A stretch of DNA of 64,000 nucleotides from Sphagnum compactum. Taxonomy: Eukaryota. Below the pieces are notes generated by a model. It saw only the letters and a program-made list of their open reading frames with translations. It made no database searches and had not been told where the DNA came from. The translations under genes and the position numbers were made by a program. The stretch covers positions 14,436,213 through 14,500,212 of the forward strand of contig OZ234493.1 in NCBI GenBank assembly GCA_965153455.1, given 5' to 3'. Shown piece by piece: positions 41,501 through 52,509 of the stretch; within the stretch, counting starts at the first letter, position 1, and each line of letters opens with the position of its first letter.

Positions 41501-44042
41501 AAACACACTCGAAATCCAATGTCATTCCTCAATTATTATAGATGACAATTTATTGAATATTATAGGAAGACACCGAACTAACAAAATTGTAGTAGCAAAT
41601 TACATAAGAAGTGATGACTAACTTACTTAGGTTTAGCTCCCAACAACTCTAGATATGCATGATCTATTTGAAACTCCCACTATAAATAAACTAGCCTTAA
41701 CCTTTGAATTAGAACTACAAACTGTTCAATTAGAATTACCAATTCCTTTTGAGTTTGTTTTTAAAAGTGATATTGACAACTTGCCACCATCATATCTTGC
41801 ACCCCTTGACCTAGTAATTCTCCCACTTGAATAATTAATCGAATTACCTTTTACTCAATTTAAAAAAATTAAAATAAAATGAATAAAAAAAATTCATTTA
41901 AATGATTTTAATGTGTTTCAACGACAAGCTTTGACGAATGTGTTGGGTGCAAGCAAGATATTTTGGACATGTTACCTTGTTTTCTACTTGAAAACATGAA
42001 AAAGATAATTTAAAAAACTTCTAACCTTCCTTTAGCATTTGAAAATAAATGAAACTTTTAGTTTTTTTCACAAGCATCTATAGCTTCCCTCGAGCTTCTC
42101 AAAGCAATTTGTGTCATATCATTTGGACTAATACCTCAACAGTATCCCCAACATCACATCATTTTCAAAGGTTGGGGATGCATATAATTATGAAAACAAA
42201 TTCTATTAACCGAAAAAATAATATTAGACTGTTCATCACATCAATATTGAGGCGTTTGACAAAAAAACCAAATACTTACAAAAATTTCACCTATTTTCAA
42301 ATACTTGAACTTTATTTTTCAATTTGCCACAAATTTTAGGTCCATTTCAAGTACTTGCAAGTAGTTTAATATACATGATTATAACAATTTAGCTTTTGAA
42401 ATCCATGTAAACAAAAGTTTAAAAAAAACTTGCCCAAAAAAATTATTATCCCCATAAAATCATCTACTTGTTAATTCTTTTATTTAGAGACCCCAATATT
42501 TTGTTGCTTACATTACTTTTTATGTATACTTTACCATGCTTTCACCCTATTCTTGTTTTAAATTTGCTAGATACAATAGGCGATGATGTGTCGTTTAAAG
42601 AATCAATTGACTATCATGGCTCAAGATCAAACATGGAAAATGAGATGGGTTCCATCTTAAAAACTAGACATGGTTTTTGCCTGACCTTCCTCTTTAAAAG
42701 GAAACACCAAATTAATGTTAAGTGGGTCTTTAAAACAATAATAGGTCTAGAAAAGGATAAAGTAAAATTAAAGGCCCATTTAATGGCTCATAGTTTTGAA
42801 TACAAAGCAAATATAAATTCTACCAAAACCTTTGTTGCAAGGGTAAAATGTACACTATAAGAATTGTCATTTCAAGTTAGCGATGTTGAATCGCTAGGAA
42901 TACATCAATTATATATTAAAACAACATTCTTGCATGGTCAATTGCAAGAGGATGTATTCTTGTTATAACTAAATGACTTTAGATAAAAAGGAAAAAATCG
43001 TTTAATGTGCAAGTTACACAAAGGCATTTATGGCCTTGAGCAAAGTTAAAGAACTTGGTATCAATGAATATATACATATTTATGGGAAAATGGCTTGATC
43101 AAGAACAATGCAAATTCTAACCTATACATCATGCATAACAAAGGTGATATTCTTATTTTCATATTGTATGTCAACAGTTAGTTCATAACATGTGATGATA
43201 CTAAAAAAAACATGATTGAAACAAATTTTTAGAGATGAATTTGACATGGTAGATTGAGGAAAGGTTTAGAAAATAAATTGGAATCCAATTTTATCATTAT
43301 AGCCAAAGAATTTTCTTGCATCAAACTGATATGCCAACTCATTACTTCAAAAATTCAATAAGACTGATTGTAAGCCTACTAATGTGCTTTTGGTTAAAGG
43401 TTTCAAATTGGTAGTTGAGACAAGTATTGATCTTGTAGGTGAAAATCATTATTGTCAAATGGTAAGAAGTTTGTTATATTATTGTGTTATTGGATTTGAC
43501 ATTCAATTTGAAATTAACATAGTAAGTAGATTCATGAGCTCTTTGCATCATGTGTTATATTAATGATACCATGGATTATGGCATATTATGTGAAAAGGGA
43601 GCACTACCACAACTAATTGGATACATGAATGTGGATTGGGCATTTGATTTTAACATAATAAGATGAATTGGAAGTTACCTATTCAATTTTAAGTTTTGCC
43701 CCATCATTTGGCAATAAAAAAGATAGACCATTATTTTTTATATTCAACAAAGTTTTAATATCAGGCTATTGTGGGTGGAGCATAAAAAGCCATATGGTTC
43801 AAAAGACTCCTTCATGAACTAAATCTTGGTGGTCCATCAATTACTTTCACTCACATTTCAATCACAATCTCAATTCATATTTTAACACAACAATCAAAGT
43901 ACATCACAATAATGAAAGATCTATAAAGTTAATTAAAAATCATGTGTTTCACGATTGTATAAAGCACAAAGAAATTCATTGTCACTTAACTAAAGAGAAA
44001 GTATAAAACAAACATATAGAATTATGTTACATACCTATAGCC

Positions 44043-44784
44043 TAGGCCTCCTAAAATTATGGATTTCTAAAAATAGCACCTGAATTTCCATAAATAAGTT
44101 TGGAATTGTTCAAAAAATAGGAAAAAAATTATACACACGCGGCAACTGGTAGCGGGGTTTCCTCAATAGGGTCTAGCATTTTTGTTCGTCTGTGCGCCAT
44201 GAAGTCGATCCCATTCCAGATGAAGCACGCCCTGGAATTCGGCTTGGAGGTCGTCTTTAAAGATGCCAAAGGAGATGTGACCATGCGGTGCCTTTTCTGC
44301 GTCCACGAAGGCCGGGACAGCATGGAGGTCGGTGGTAGTTCGGGCCGCAAGCGAAAGGCAACCTTGAGGACGAACATTGTGATCTACTCAAGGTCTATAA
44401 TTCAGATTCGATTCTGAAAGCTGCAATCGATAAACAAGACCACTAGACATCATTCAACCTTAGATGGGACGTCTTATCGGCCAGTCGATTCGATTCCCTG
44501 CGTGCATTTGTTGGTGGTTTGGCCACCGTGTTCGCCAACACAACATCATTTGAGTGTGATTTTTTGATCTTTAAATGGGAGATGGACGAAAATTGGACCT
44601 CTTTGATGCATTTGTCATTGGAAGGTATCTTCGAAACTAAGCAGCAATCAATGTTGCAAGCATTAATTGCCTAAAATTGCTTGATAATACATAGTTCGGG
44701 CCGATCCATAATTCAAGTCCAGTAGTGTCCATAATTTAGCTTAATTTATTTAATTTATGAAAATCTATAACTTTATGAGGCCTG
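44043..44784 (+). mobile_element. Internally deleted hAT DNA transposon with perfect 8-bp TSD
   Basis: TSD ctatagcc at 44035-44042 and 44785-44792. TIRs taggcctcctaaaattat / ataactttatgaggcctg. Interior holds a transposase N-terminal piece (MRCLFCVHEGRD...GRKRK) joined to a C-terminal piece (LRAFVGGLATVFANTTSFECDFLIFKWEMDE...LSLEGIF). Confidence 0.9.
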
Positions 44785-45339
44785 CTATAGCCCATGCAAC
44801 TTGCAATTATTGTTACAAAAGAAAATTTAAATTTAAACAACATAGTCAAAAGGTTAGTGTTTTAAGCTTTTAATCTTTTTCCTAAACCATGTCCAAGTCT
44901 AAACTTAACCAATTTTTCTCTTTTGCTAATAAATTTGTAATAGAATTAGAGTTAACATTCTTTTCTTCATGCACTTGATGTTACATTTTAGGCTATTGTG
45001 GTATCTTGTTAAATTGGTAATTTTACATGAGGAGCAATCAACAACTTGATACTCAAAGTTTGTCATCATCTTAAGGAAAGGGGATTTTGGATAGTAATTA
45101 ATTCATTTACATTGACAATTGGTATTTCATGGGGCTATTGACTTTCAACTGAATGTTATTTACTTTAACTTTTCTCATTCTCACCTTTGCTTTCTAACAT
45201 TAGACCCATTAGAGGGGGACATGTTTCATTATTTGAAGTAGACTCAATAATTTTATAAATTAACCAAGGTAAGATTAGCAAAAACAAGATATGTTGTATA
45301 CCAAATAAAGTTTAACATGAAGACTTGTTTGAGAGGGGT

Positions 45340-45528
45340 TGTTGACATATTGCATCCAAGTCTCTCATCCTTGTACACTACTCATCCACTAAATAAAATT
45401 ATTGTTTAGTGATCGGTTAACAATATTTCAGATAATAATTAAGTTAAAAAGATTAAGTTGAAGCAAGGTATTTAATGGACCCTCTTTGTATTCAAATCAA
45501 TAATCTACTATAATACATTCCATATACA
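45340..45528 (+). repeat. 3' LTR of the copia element
   Basis: Follows the PPT and is colinear with 37493-37562 plus 38369-38491. Confidence 0.8.
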
Positions 45529-47664
45529 AACATTCTATAAAATAGTGTAATGTGAGAAGCATTGGGAAACATCAAGGTGCTCAAACATTGTCACAAAAAG
45601 TTGCTTTTCTTTGATTGTGTGTAGATACCCATTGGATGTGCATTTTTGATCATTTGATTCTCCCTCATTTCAAGTCCAAATTCAGCAAATATTTTCACCA
45701 ACCTCATATGGAGGCCTTCTCTCTACCCTATAAATTTTTATCATCAATAAAGCATGGTAGCTTGGTCAAATCCTTCAAAACCTTCAAAAACATGAAAATT
45801 TTGAAAACCACTCATAACTAGTAGACTTGCACTTTCAATGGTGGGGATTTTCCATTCTTCAACCAAATTCCTTTTTTTTGGCGAACCAAAAGATTGAGCT
45901 TGAGGTCCCTTAAAACTCTACCAAGTTGAATTTTTAAAATGGTGACATTTTCTGTGACTATTGGGTGACTATGTAGTCACACCTCCCTTTTGTCACTTGG
46001 GACTGTTTTGGTCAAGTGCCAATTAAAAGTTAACCCATGTCAAGCCTATCAAATAAATTCTTGAATGAAGTCATGATGACTACTTGATAAACCGAGAACA
46101 AGTTGGCTATATTGGCTCATAACAATTAAACAAAATTTGAAGTGTGAGGTATTGTTCTAAAATAGAAGTGAGCAACATCTAAATCTTCAACATCAAAAAA
46201 ATAATTTGGATACAATCTCGTGAATTGGTTTTTGTTAAATTCAAAAAAATGGTTTTTTTTTTTTTTTGGATGTGGTGCTTATGGAGAATTGAAGGCCAAA
46301 AGGTTCACATACTTTGATGATAGCATGAAGAAAAACAAGATTTCAATCAACATTTTAGATGTGTTTTTTTGGATGAATGTGCTGTTCTTCCAATGAGAGC
46401 AAAAAAATACTCCTAAATCTTTAGGATATGACCTAGCATTAGAGGTTGATGAAGGCTACATGTCCTTACATGTTGATATCAGTTTGGCCATTGTTTAAAT
46501 CACCCCTCAGCTAGAACCTTGACATGAAATTTGGCAATCAATTTGACCTAAGGAAAATGGAGTCAAATATAAGCAGATCATCCTGGCTTTGCTAGTGTAC
46601 TACACAATTGAAGTGAGCAAAACCCTGTTCCATAAAATAATCTCAAATGTTGTCAGATGCTTGAAACCAGAAAGGATCTCTTGATGATCAATACAATTCA
46701 TTAATGAAAAAAAAAGCAGTCTGGGGTTGGATGATTTGCCTCTTAATTGGTGTAGGATGAGTTGTTAGCCTGTTCTTTGTCTAAAAAATATATTTTTATT
46801 ATTTTATGTTATTATATAAGGCCCAATCCCTAAGAATTGAATTTCTCACAAAAACCAGGATTTGATTATCATGACACATTCAATTTCTGGAAAGGGTTTG
46901 GTGAAGTTGCTTACTAGGCTATCTTGAAATACAATTAGGTCAGATGCAATCCCAGGCTCAGGAATTTGGTTTTTTCCTTCTCAAGAGAAGTACTTAAACA
47001 AATGTGTTGACTATCATTCAAAATGTATTTATGTACATGACCATCATTCTGTAGCCATGGATTTCAACTTAGATGAATGGAATCAGTCACCCAAGATGAT
47101 TTGTTGGCTGCTTCATCATGTAAACCATGATATGTGCACGGCAAGACCTAGCAGCTTGGGTTTCTCATCATTCACAATTTAGGAATAGCTTTGGGCAAAG
47201 AACAGAACACAATGGCAAAATGAATTTTGTGATGTATCGGAGTCGCCTTTAAATTTGATGTCATTATAGTCCAGGCCTGCAATAAGGCCTTCCCCTCTTT
47301 GTTGGGGTGACTTAGACTAAGATTCAGACACTCCTCAATAAATTCAATAAAATTATTATTTATATCCCTCACGTATTGTATAGTACACTGGAGTCTGGAT
47401 ATGCTCACAAATATGCTCATGAAGGCACTGCGATGATTGAACATGAAATTGAGTAGGTCATATTGGCCTGCACAACTTTCATCACCTTAATTTCATTCCT
47501 AATTTGCATACAAGTTGAGGTTTTGGGGGTGAGGGAGGTTTAGTGTTGGGAGTGGCCGCATTGAATGGATATATCAGTTATTTGATTCAAGGAACATATT
47601 AGTTGTAATCAGTGCTAAGTTGAACTGGAGAGATGAATAGTCTTAGTAATAAGTAATAAGCTTA

Positions 47665-48009
47665 AAGCATCCTTGGGGGTGCTCAGTACAAAGCTATTTC
47701 TCACATCTAAGTTTCATTATCTACTTTTTTTGCAACCCCACCCATAAAACTAAAACCAGAAATAAGTGGGAGACTACTAATTGGTCTAGGTGGGAAACCA
47801 CCTAGATTAATCATTATGATTGACCAATCAGAAACAGGGACCAGCAATCAGATCATATTTATTACACTCTTGGGTGGCAAGTGCCTTTCACACCCTTGCA
47901 AACTCTGCAAATATGATGGGCCAAAAACCATTTTGGTGAGCCAAACTGACATGTTTCTTCATCCAATTTTAATTTGCAGGGTCACATACTGAGCACTGCT
48001 GGGATGCTC
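47665..48009. mobile_element. Tourist/PIF-Harbinger-like MITE with TTA TSD
   Basis: tta|aagcatccttgggggtgctcagta ... tactgagcactgctgggatgctc|tta, 345 bp, non-coding. Confidence 0.85.
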
Positions 48010-49461
48010 TTAGGGTAGGTCACATATGAGCGGCTCAAGCACTAGTTCCTGGAATCTAATGACCAAAGTATGTTTGCATGTGAGATAACAATAACTCTTG
48101 GGCTGCCCAATTTGAGAGAATCCATAGTTGTTCAGCGGGCTGCCACGCTTAGTCATAGTTCTTCACCTCTTCCATACATATCAACTAGTGCACCTTCATC
48201 ATTAGCCCATTTGTGAAAGGGGATGCTCTTTTAGCAATAGGTCTTCTACTTCATTGCTATTGTTTTGATTGTTTTGGTTTTCCTTTTGTGTGTTTGCATT
48301 TGCTTCAACATGCCTTGTACTTTTTGTGATACTGTTTGTGGAGTGATTTCCATCCTTGTTTATATATATTATATATACAGGATATATATATTTTCTCATA
48401 TCAACTGGATTTGAGTAGTTCAAGTTTTTGCAGATTCACTCAGAGGTGGCAGCCACGAAACTGGTTATTGCCAATTAGCTTATATATTACAAGTTTTATC
48501 ATTTGATCTACGAAGGGTCCTTTACATATGTTTACCATTTCTGGATGATAGAAAGATGGGATTCTGACCTAACGGTTCATTGCACATACCAACATTACTC
48601 CACTAAATCTGTTTTAGTATTCTCACAGTTTGATTAGCAAACCTTCAGAAAATAGTGATTGAGCAACTTACATATGACCTGACCCTACTAGGAGTAAAAT
48701 TGTAATCAAGCCCTTCAAAGCCTTGTAGCACTAGGCCAATTGTGTTATATTTATCATATCATAGCACCTTGGCAGCTTTGCCACTAATTATATTATCTTT
48801 AGAAATGTCCCAATTTTCAAAAGACAAAAATCTGTGAAGAGAGATAGAGAATCTTGTACTCCAGTATATGATTGATCACTCAAGCTTTATGTGTAAATGC
48901 ATCTTTTGCCAAGTCCTTTATGTTTGAAGATGCTTTTGTCCAGGCTTGTGTCATTGACAATTTTTTAGCTACTTGGTGTATTTTCAAGTCTTGCAAGCGT
49001 TTGTCATTGTCAGTTCTTTCGCCAAAGCAACTGAACTTGCAAGTATTTTGGATGTTCTCCACATATTTTTAAAGCTCTGTAGCTCATGGCTGGATGAAAA
49101 AAGTTGGATGAAAATGAATGGGTATATAGTTAATTCTGTTGTTAGTTTTGCATCTGGTTCATGAAAGAACTCTACATGGGTGGATTCTTTTGGAGTCCTA
49201 AACAACAGAGAGACAGTCTGCTTGCTTGGTTGTTGTTTGCAAGAAAGAAGATTCTTCTTCAGCTGCACTTGATGTTTGCAGCATTAAAATCAGAGGTCTC
49301 AGTCAGAAACTTTGTGCATCGACCAAAATCATATGAAGATGCAGTTTTTTTCTGTTTGTGTGAGAGTCTCATGGTTTTTGTTGATTTGATCTCCGTTTGC
49401 AAAAGCACAGTTTTGAATAATGTGCTGAAGTGAAGCAAACTAGGGAAATTTTGTATCTGGA

Positions 49462-49590
49462 GAATTCTGGGTCTACCCAAATGGGGAATTCTGGGTCTAC
49501 CCAAATGGGGAATTCTGGGTCTCCAGAGAATTTCTCTGGAGACAAATCCAAATGGAGATCTCTGGAGAATTTTGGGTCTATCCAAATGGG
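49462..49590. repeat. 24-bp tandem repeat cluster with internal palindromes
   Basis: GAATTCTGGGTCTACCCAAATGGG occurs twice (49462-49509), then partially, then as a diverged copy at about 49568-49590. A 12-bp perfect inverted repeat gtctccagagaa-t-ttctctggagac lies at 49519-49543. Confidence 0.9.
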
Positions 49591-51012
49591 GATGAGGGGC
49601 TGGAGAAGACGAAGAGTTGCAGGTAGGGATCATCCCCCAAGGGCACGACAGATCAAGAACAAGGCGTCCTCCTGCCTTTTCACATTCCCATTGGCTTCTC
49701 CCCCGCCTGCTGCCCTTTCACCTCCTTCTGAGGGTTTTGTCATCACTGGAAGTGCTTGCTTCCTACTTGATGATGGGTTTCATATAATATCTATAAGTGC
49801 CAGATGGTTTTCTATCAGCTTTTGTGGGCTTTTTGAATTCTCCTCCATATGAGCCAGCTGCTTACTATACAATCGTGTTGTTTTTTCACAATTCTTTCAT
49901 CATCAATTTCATGTGGCATGATCATCAGTTGGGCCCAAGAACATTATTGGATGTGAATTGCTCCTGGGGTTTTGGAAAAAGCTTCTGCAGAGCATGAATG
50001 ATGGAGCCTGAGGCTGTGGCATGTACAAGAAGAATAATGAGGGAGCTCCAAATCACAGTTCCAGACACAACAATGTTTGACACCACACACTTTTTTTGAC
50101 TGCAGTCATGGGTACCAATCCTTACCACAGAAGCTCTAATGCTTTGTTGTAGCATCCTTAAGATCTTCTTTTGACCCATTTCCTTGTCCTTTCTTGTTTG
50201 CTCAATGTATATGTTTGCCTCTCCTATCTGAGGAGTCCACAGAAAACTGTGCTAGTAGAGAGTCTGACATGTCAGTTTGTGTCATTCTCTTCTCCAATAT
50301 TGCACAATCCCAACAGTTTTTTCCAATGAGGAATTCAAACAGATTGATTGCACGGTTGAAGATTCTGTTGTCCACAAAACACAGTGCTATGGGTATCACA
50401 GACTGAATTGAATAAGAGCCAGATCATTCTTCAGATACTGTAATATTCAAAACTATGAGAATCCTTCACCTCTCAAATTCACCCATGTTTCTCTTGAAAA
50501 TCTATAGATAGAATTCTGCAGGTTTGCCAACCTCATTCTCCACCACTGTTTTCTTTGTAGTTTATGACAAAGCAGCAGATCTGATCACATATATTTTGTA
50601 GTTTCTTCCATCATCCACTTTGCTTATTTCTGAAAAGAAAAGGCACAAGTTGCAAGCAACTGAATTTAGAACAAAATTGTACTCAAGCAATAATTAGATG
50701 CATCAGGGTGATGTGCATTCTTTCTTTGGGATGTTTTGAATCTCATTGGCATTGTCCAATTGTTGCATTGGGTTTGGTCAGTGGCTGAATCCTGCCGGCA
50801 GAAGGTGGAGTGGCAATGGCAAACTACGAATTCCGAGTATGGAAAATTCTATGTAAAGCTTCACAAAGAGGTAAAACATCTACTGCATTTTGTTTCTCTA
50901 TGCGTTGTGGATTTGGCGCTGAATTTGTTCTGACAGTTTTTGCAAGGCACTTGAAGTTTCCACATGTTGAATTGTGATGGATAATTTTATGTTGGTGCTT
51001 GTTGGTTAGGCC

Positions 51013-52509
51013 ATGGAGGCGGCAGTAGTTCACAAAGACTGTGAACAAAAGTGTAATGAGTTATTTGCTGAGCTCAAGGTTTGCAAAGCCCAGCTTGAAA
51101 TGATGAGGCTCACTGGTGGTCACTGCAGCCCCTGCAAATATGGTTTACTTTTCAAACTCTAAACTCTTACTGTCACTGTATCTGTTTCTCTCCAAAGTCC
51201 AAAATGGCATCATGGGTAGACTAAAGTGTAGGGTAAAGTCCAAGGGCGAGGGCATGACTGAAATATGGGCTGTGTGAGTAGTAGAGTGCAGGCCCGATTT
51301 AGGTGATGCCCCTCACCTGGGGGGCTTTACCCAGTGTAAAGACAGAATCAGTGAAGGAGATGAACGTTTTGAAATGAAATTGCCTGCTCAGAAAACGAAA
51401 TGTGTCTCCTCTCCTTTGAAGAAAATTTTCACTCTTTAATGTTACCTCCAAATATACTAAATTTTTTCTGGGAGGTCTTTATGACTGGCACAATCAGTGT
51501 GCTTTTTGATCATATGTGTATGTGTGTGTGTGTGTATTACTCCATCTGAAGTGATTGCTTGGTCTTATGGGAAGCGGTGTCTTATGAATAATCTTAGATT
51601 CACTCGTTTCTTTTACTCTCTGTCTTCCTCTCTCCTCCAAACTGATTTATTTAGTTTTCTTAACATCCCGTGGATGGTGATTTTTCTCTTGGGAAAAAAA
51701 TTGGCTACACCATGAAGGTCATCTTCAGACTGTAAGACCGACTTCCCCGAAGCTAGGGCTTTGCAATTGCCCAGCACACCCTGGACCCCGGAACCCTGAT
51801 CCCTTTGTCTCTGTAACAAGCAGTGAATTCAATGGTGGGAAACAGCATGAACCTCAGATGCTTGAAGACCACATAAAGAGTGCACATCCACGGCTTGTCA
51901 AGCGAGTGGAACCCAAGAATTTCACATCAGATCCTGGAAGACACATGGATTGTTGCATGTAAGTGTTGGGTTTTTATACATATGGATTTCCTTACAATTG
52001 ATGTGGTTAACCTTCCACTTATTGACATCCTCACTCAGAAGGTGATCAGAATGGGTCTCTAATGTTCCTTTGCAAATTGATTACCTACTTGGATTGCAGC
52101 CGAGATGAACCACACACCTATTACCCACCAGTGGTTCAAGTGGTCCCAGTTGCCCCAGAAAAACCACGAAGTAGAAAACCACATGGCAAGGAGGCTGCAT
52201 ATTCTCCTCGACAAGCCCATGAAGAACACAAACCACAAACCCAAGGCAAGCGTGTGGGCAGATATATTAACGGCAAGAAAGTCATGGTCTCATCTGGAAG
52301 CAGTGTTCCTGCAAGCCAACGTTACAACTTTTACAGACAATATGGTATGAGCAGTAAACTGTTGTTTTGTTTTTACATGAGTCAAGAAGTGATGGTTCAG
52401 AAGGATTATGCCTTAAGTTTCTAGAGAAATAATTGGTGGATTTGGGTTTGAATGTGAAGGTTTTGCGGGGCAAGGTGCCAAGACAAGTAATGGATGGCAC
52501 ACGAAGTAG
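51013..52509 (+). CDS. Uncharacterised spliced protein, at least 221 aa (may extend upstream via exon 50782-50870)
   Basis: Exons 51013-51142, 51718-51958, 52100-52344 and 52460-52509 have GT-AG boundaries whose phases (1, 2, 1) join into one open frame: MEAAVVHKDCEQKCNELFAELKVCKAQLEMMRL...GHLQTVRP...IRDEPHTYYPP...GFAGQGAKTSNGWHTK*. Start context is gccATGG. Upstream exon 50782-50870 is also in frame. Confidence 0.7.
51227..51336. mobile_element. Short MITE-like element in an intron (related to 27939-28062)
   Basis: tgtagggtaaagtcc ... gggctttacccagt inverted termini. Confidence 0.5.

Larger units (their letters stand above)
37493..45528 (+). mobile_element. Full-length degenerate Ty1/copia LTR retrotransposon
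   Basis: 5' LTR 37493-38491 (TGTTGACATAT...CA, interrupted by a TIR element) and 3' LTR 45340-45528 (TGTTGACATAT...CA). PBS-like tggtagtagagc at 38495-38506, PPT gagagggg at 45331-45338. Decayed pol in copia order: protease (LDISASEYIMG about 40288), DLWHK (40688), integrase (LQLVHTNLC; YCKDEGIHHQFITYYSPQQN), RT (INVKWVFK; IHQLYIKTTFLHGQLQEDV; CKLHKGIYGLEQ), RNase H (ELCYIP...QLAIIVTK). Confidence 0.88.

Noticed and set aside
37488-45533. 5-bp target-site duplication for the copia element
   Set aside because: Flanks tgtta and aacat do not match, so no TSD is claimed.
49462-49590. CRISPR-like short palindromic repeats
   Set aside because: Units are head-to-tail with no unique spacers, there are no cas genes, and the context is eukaryotic.
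48870-50400. Cluster of 60-140 aa ORFs on both strands
   Set aside because: No recognisable motif and no consistent splice model; frames are interrupted by stops.
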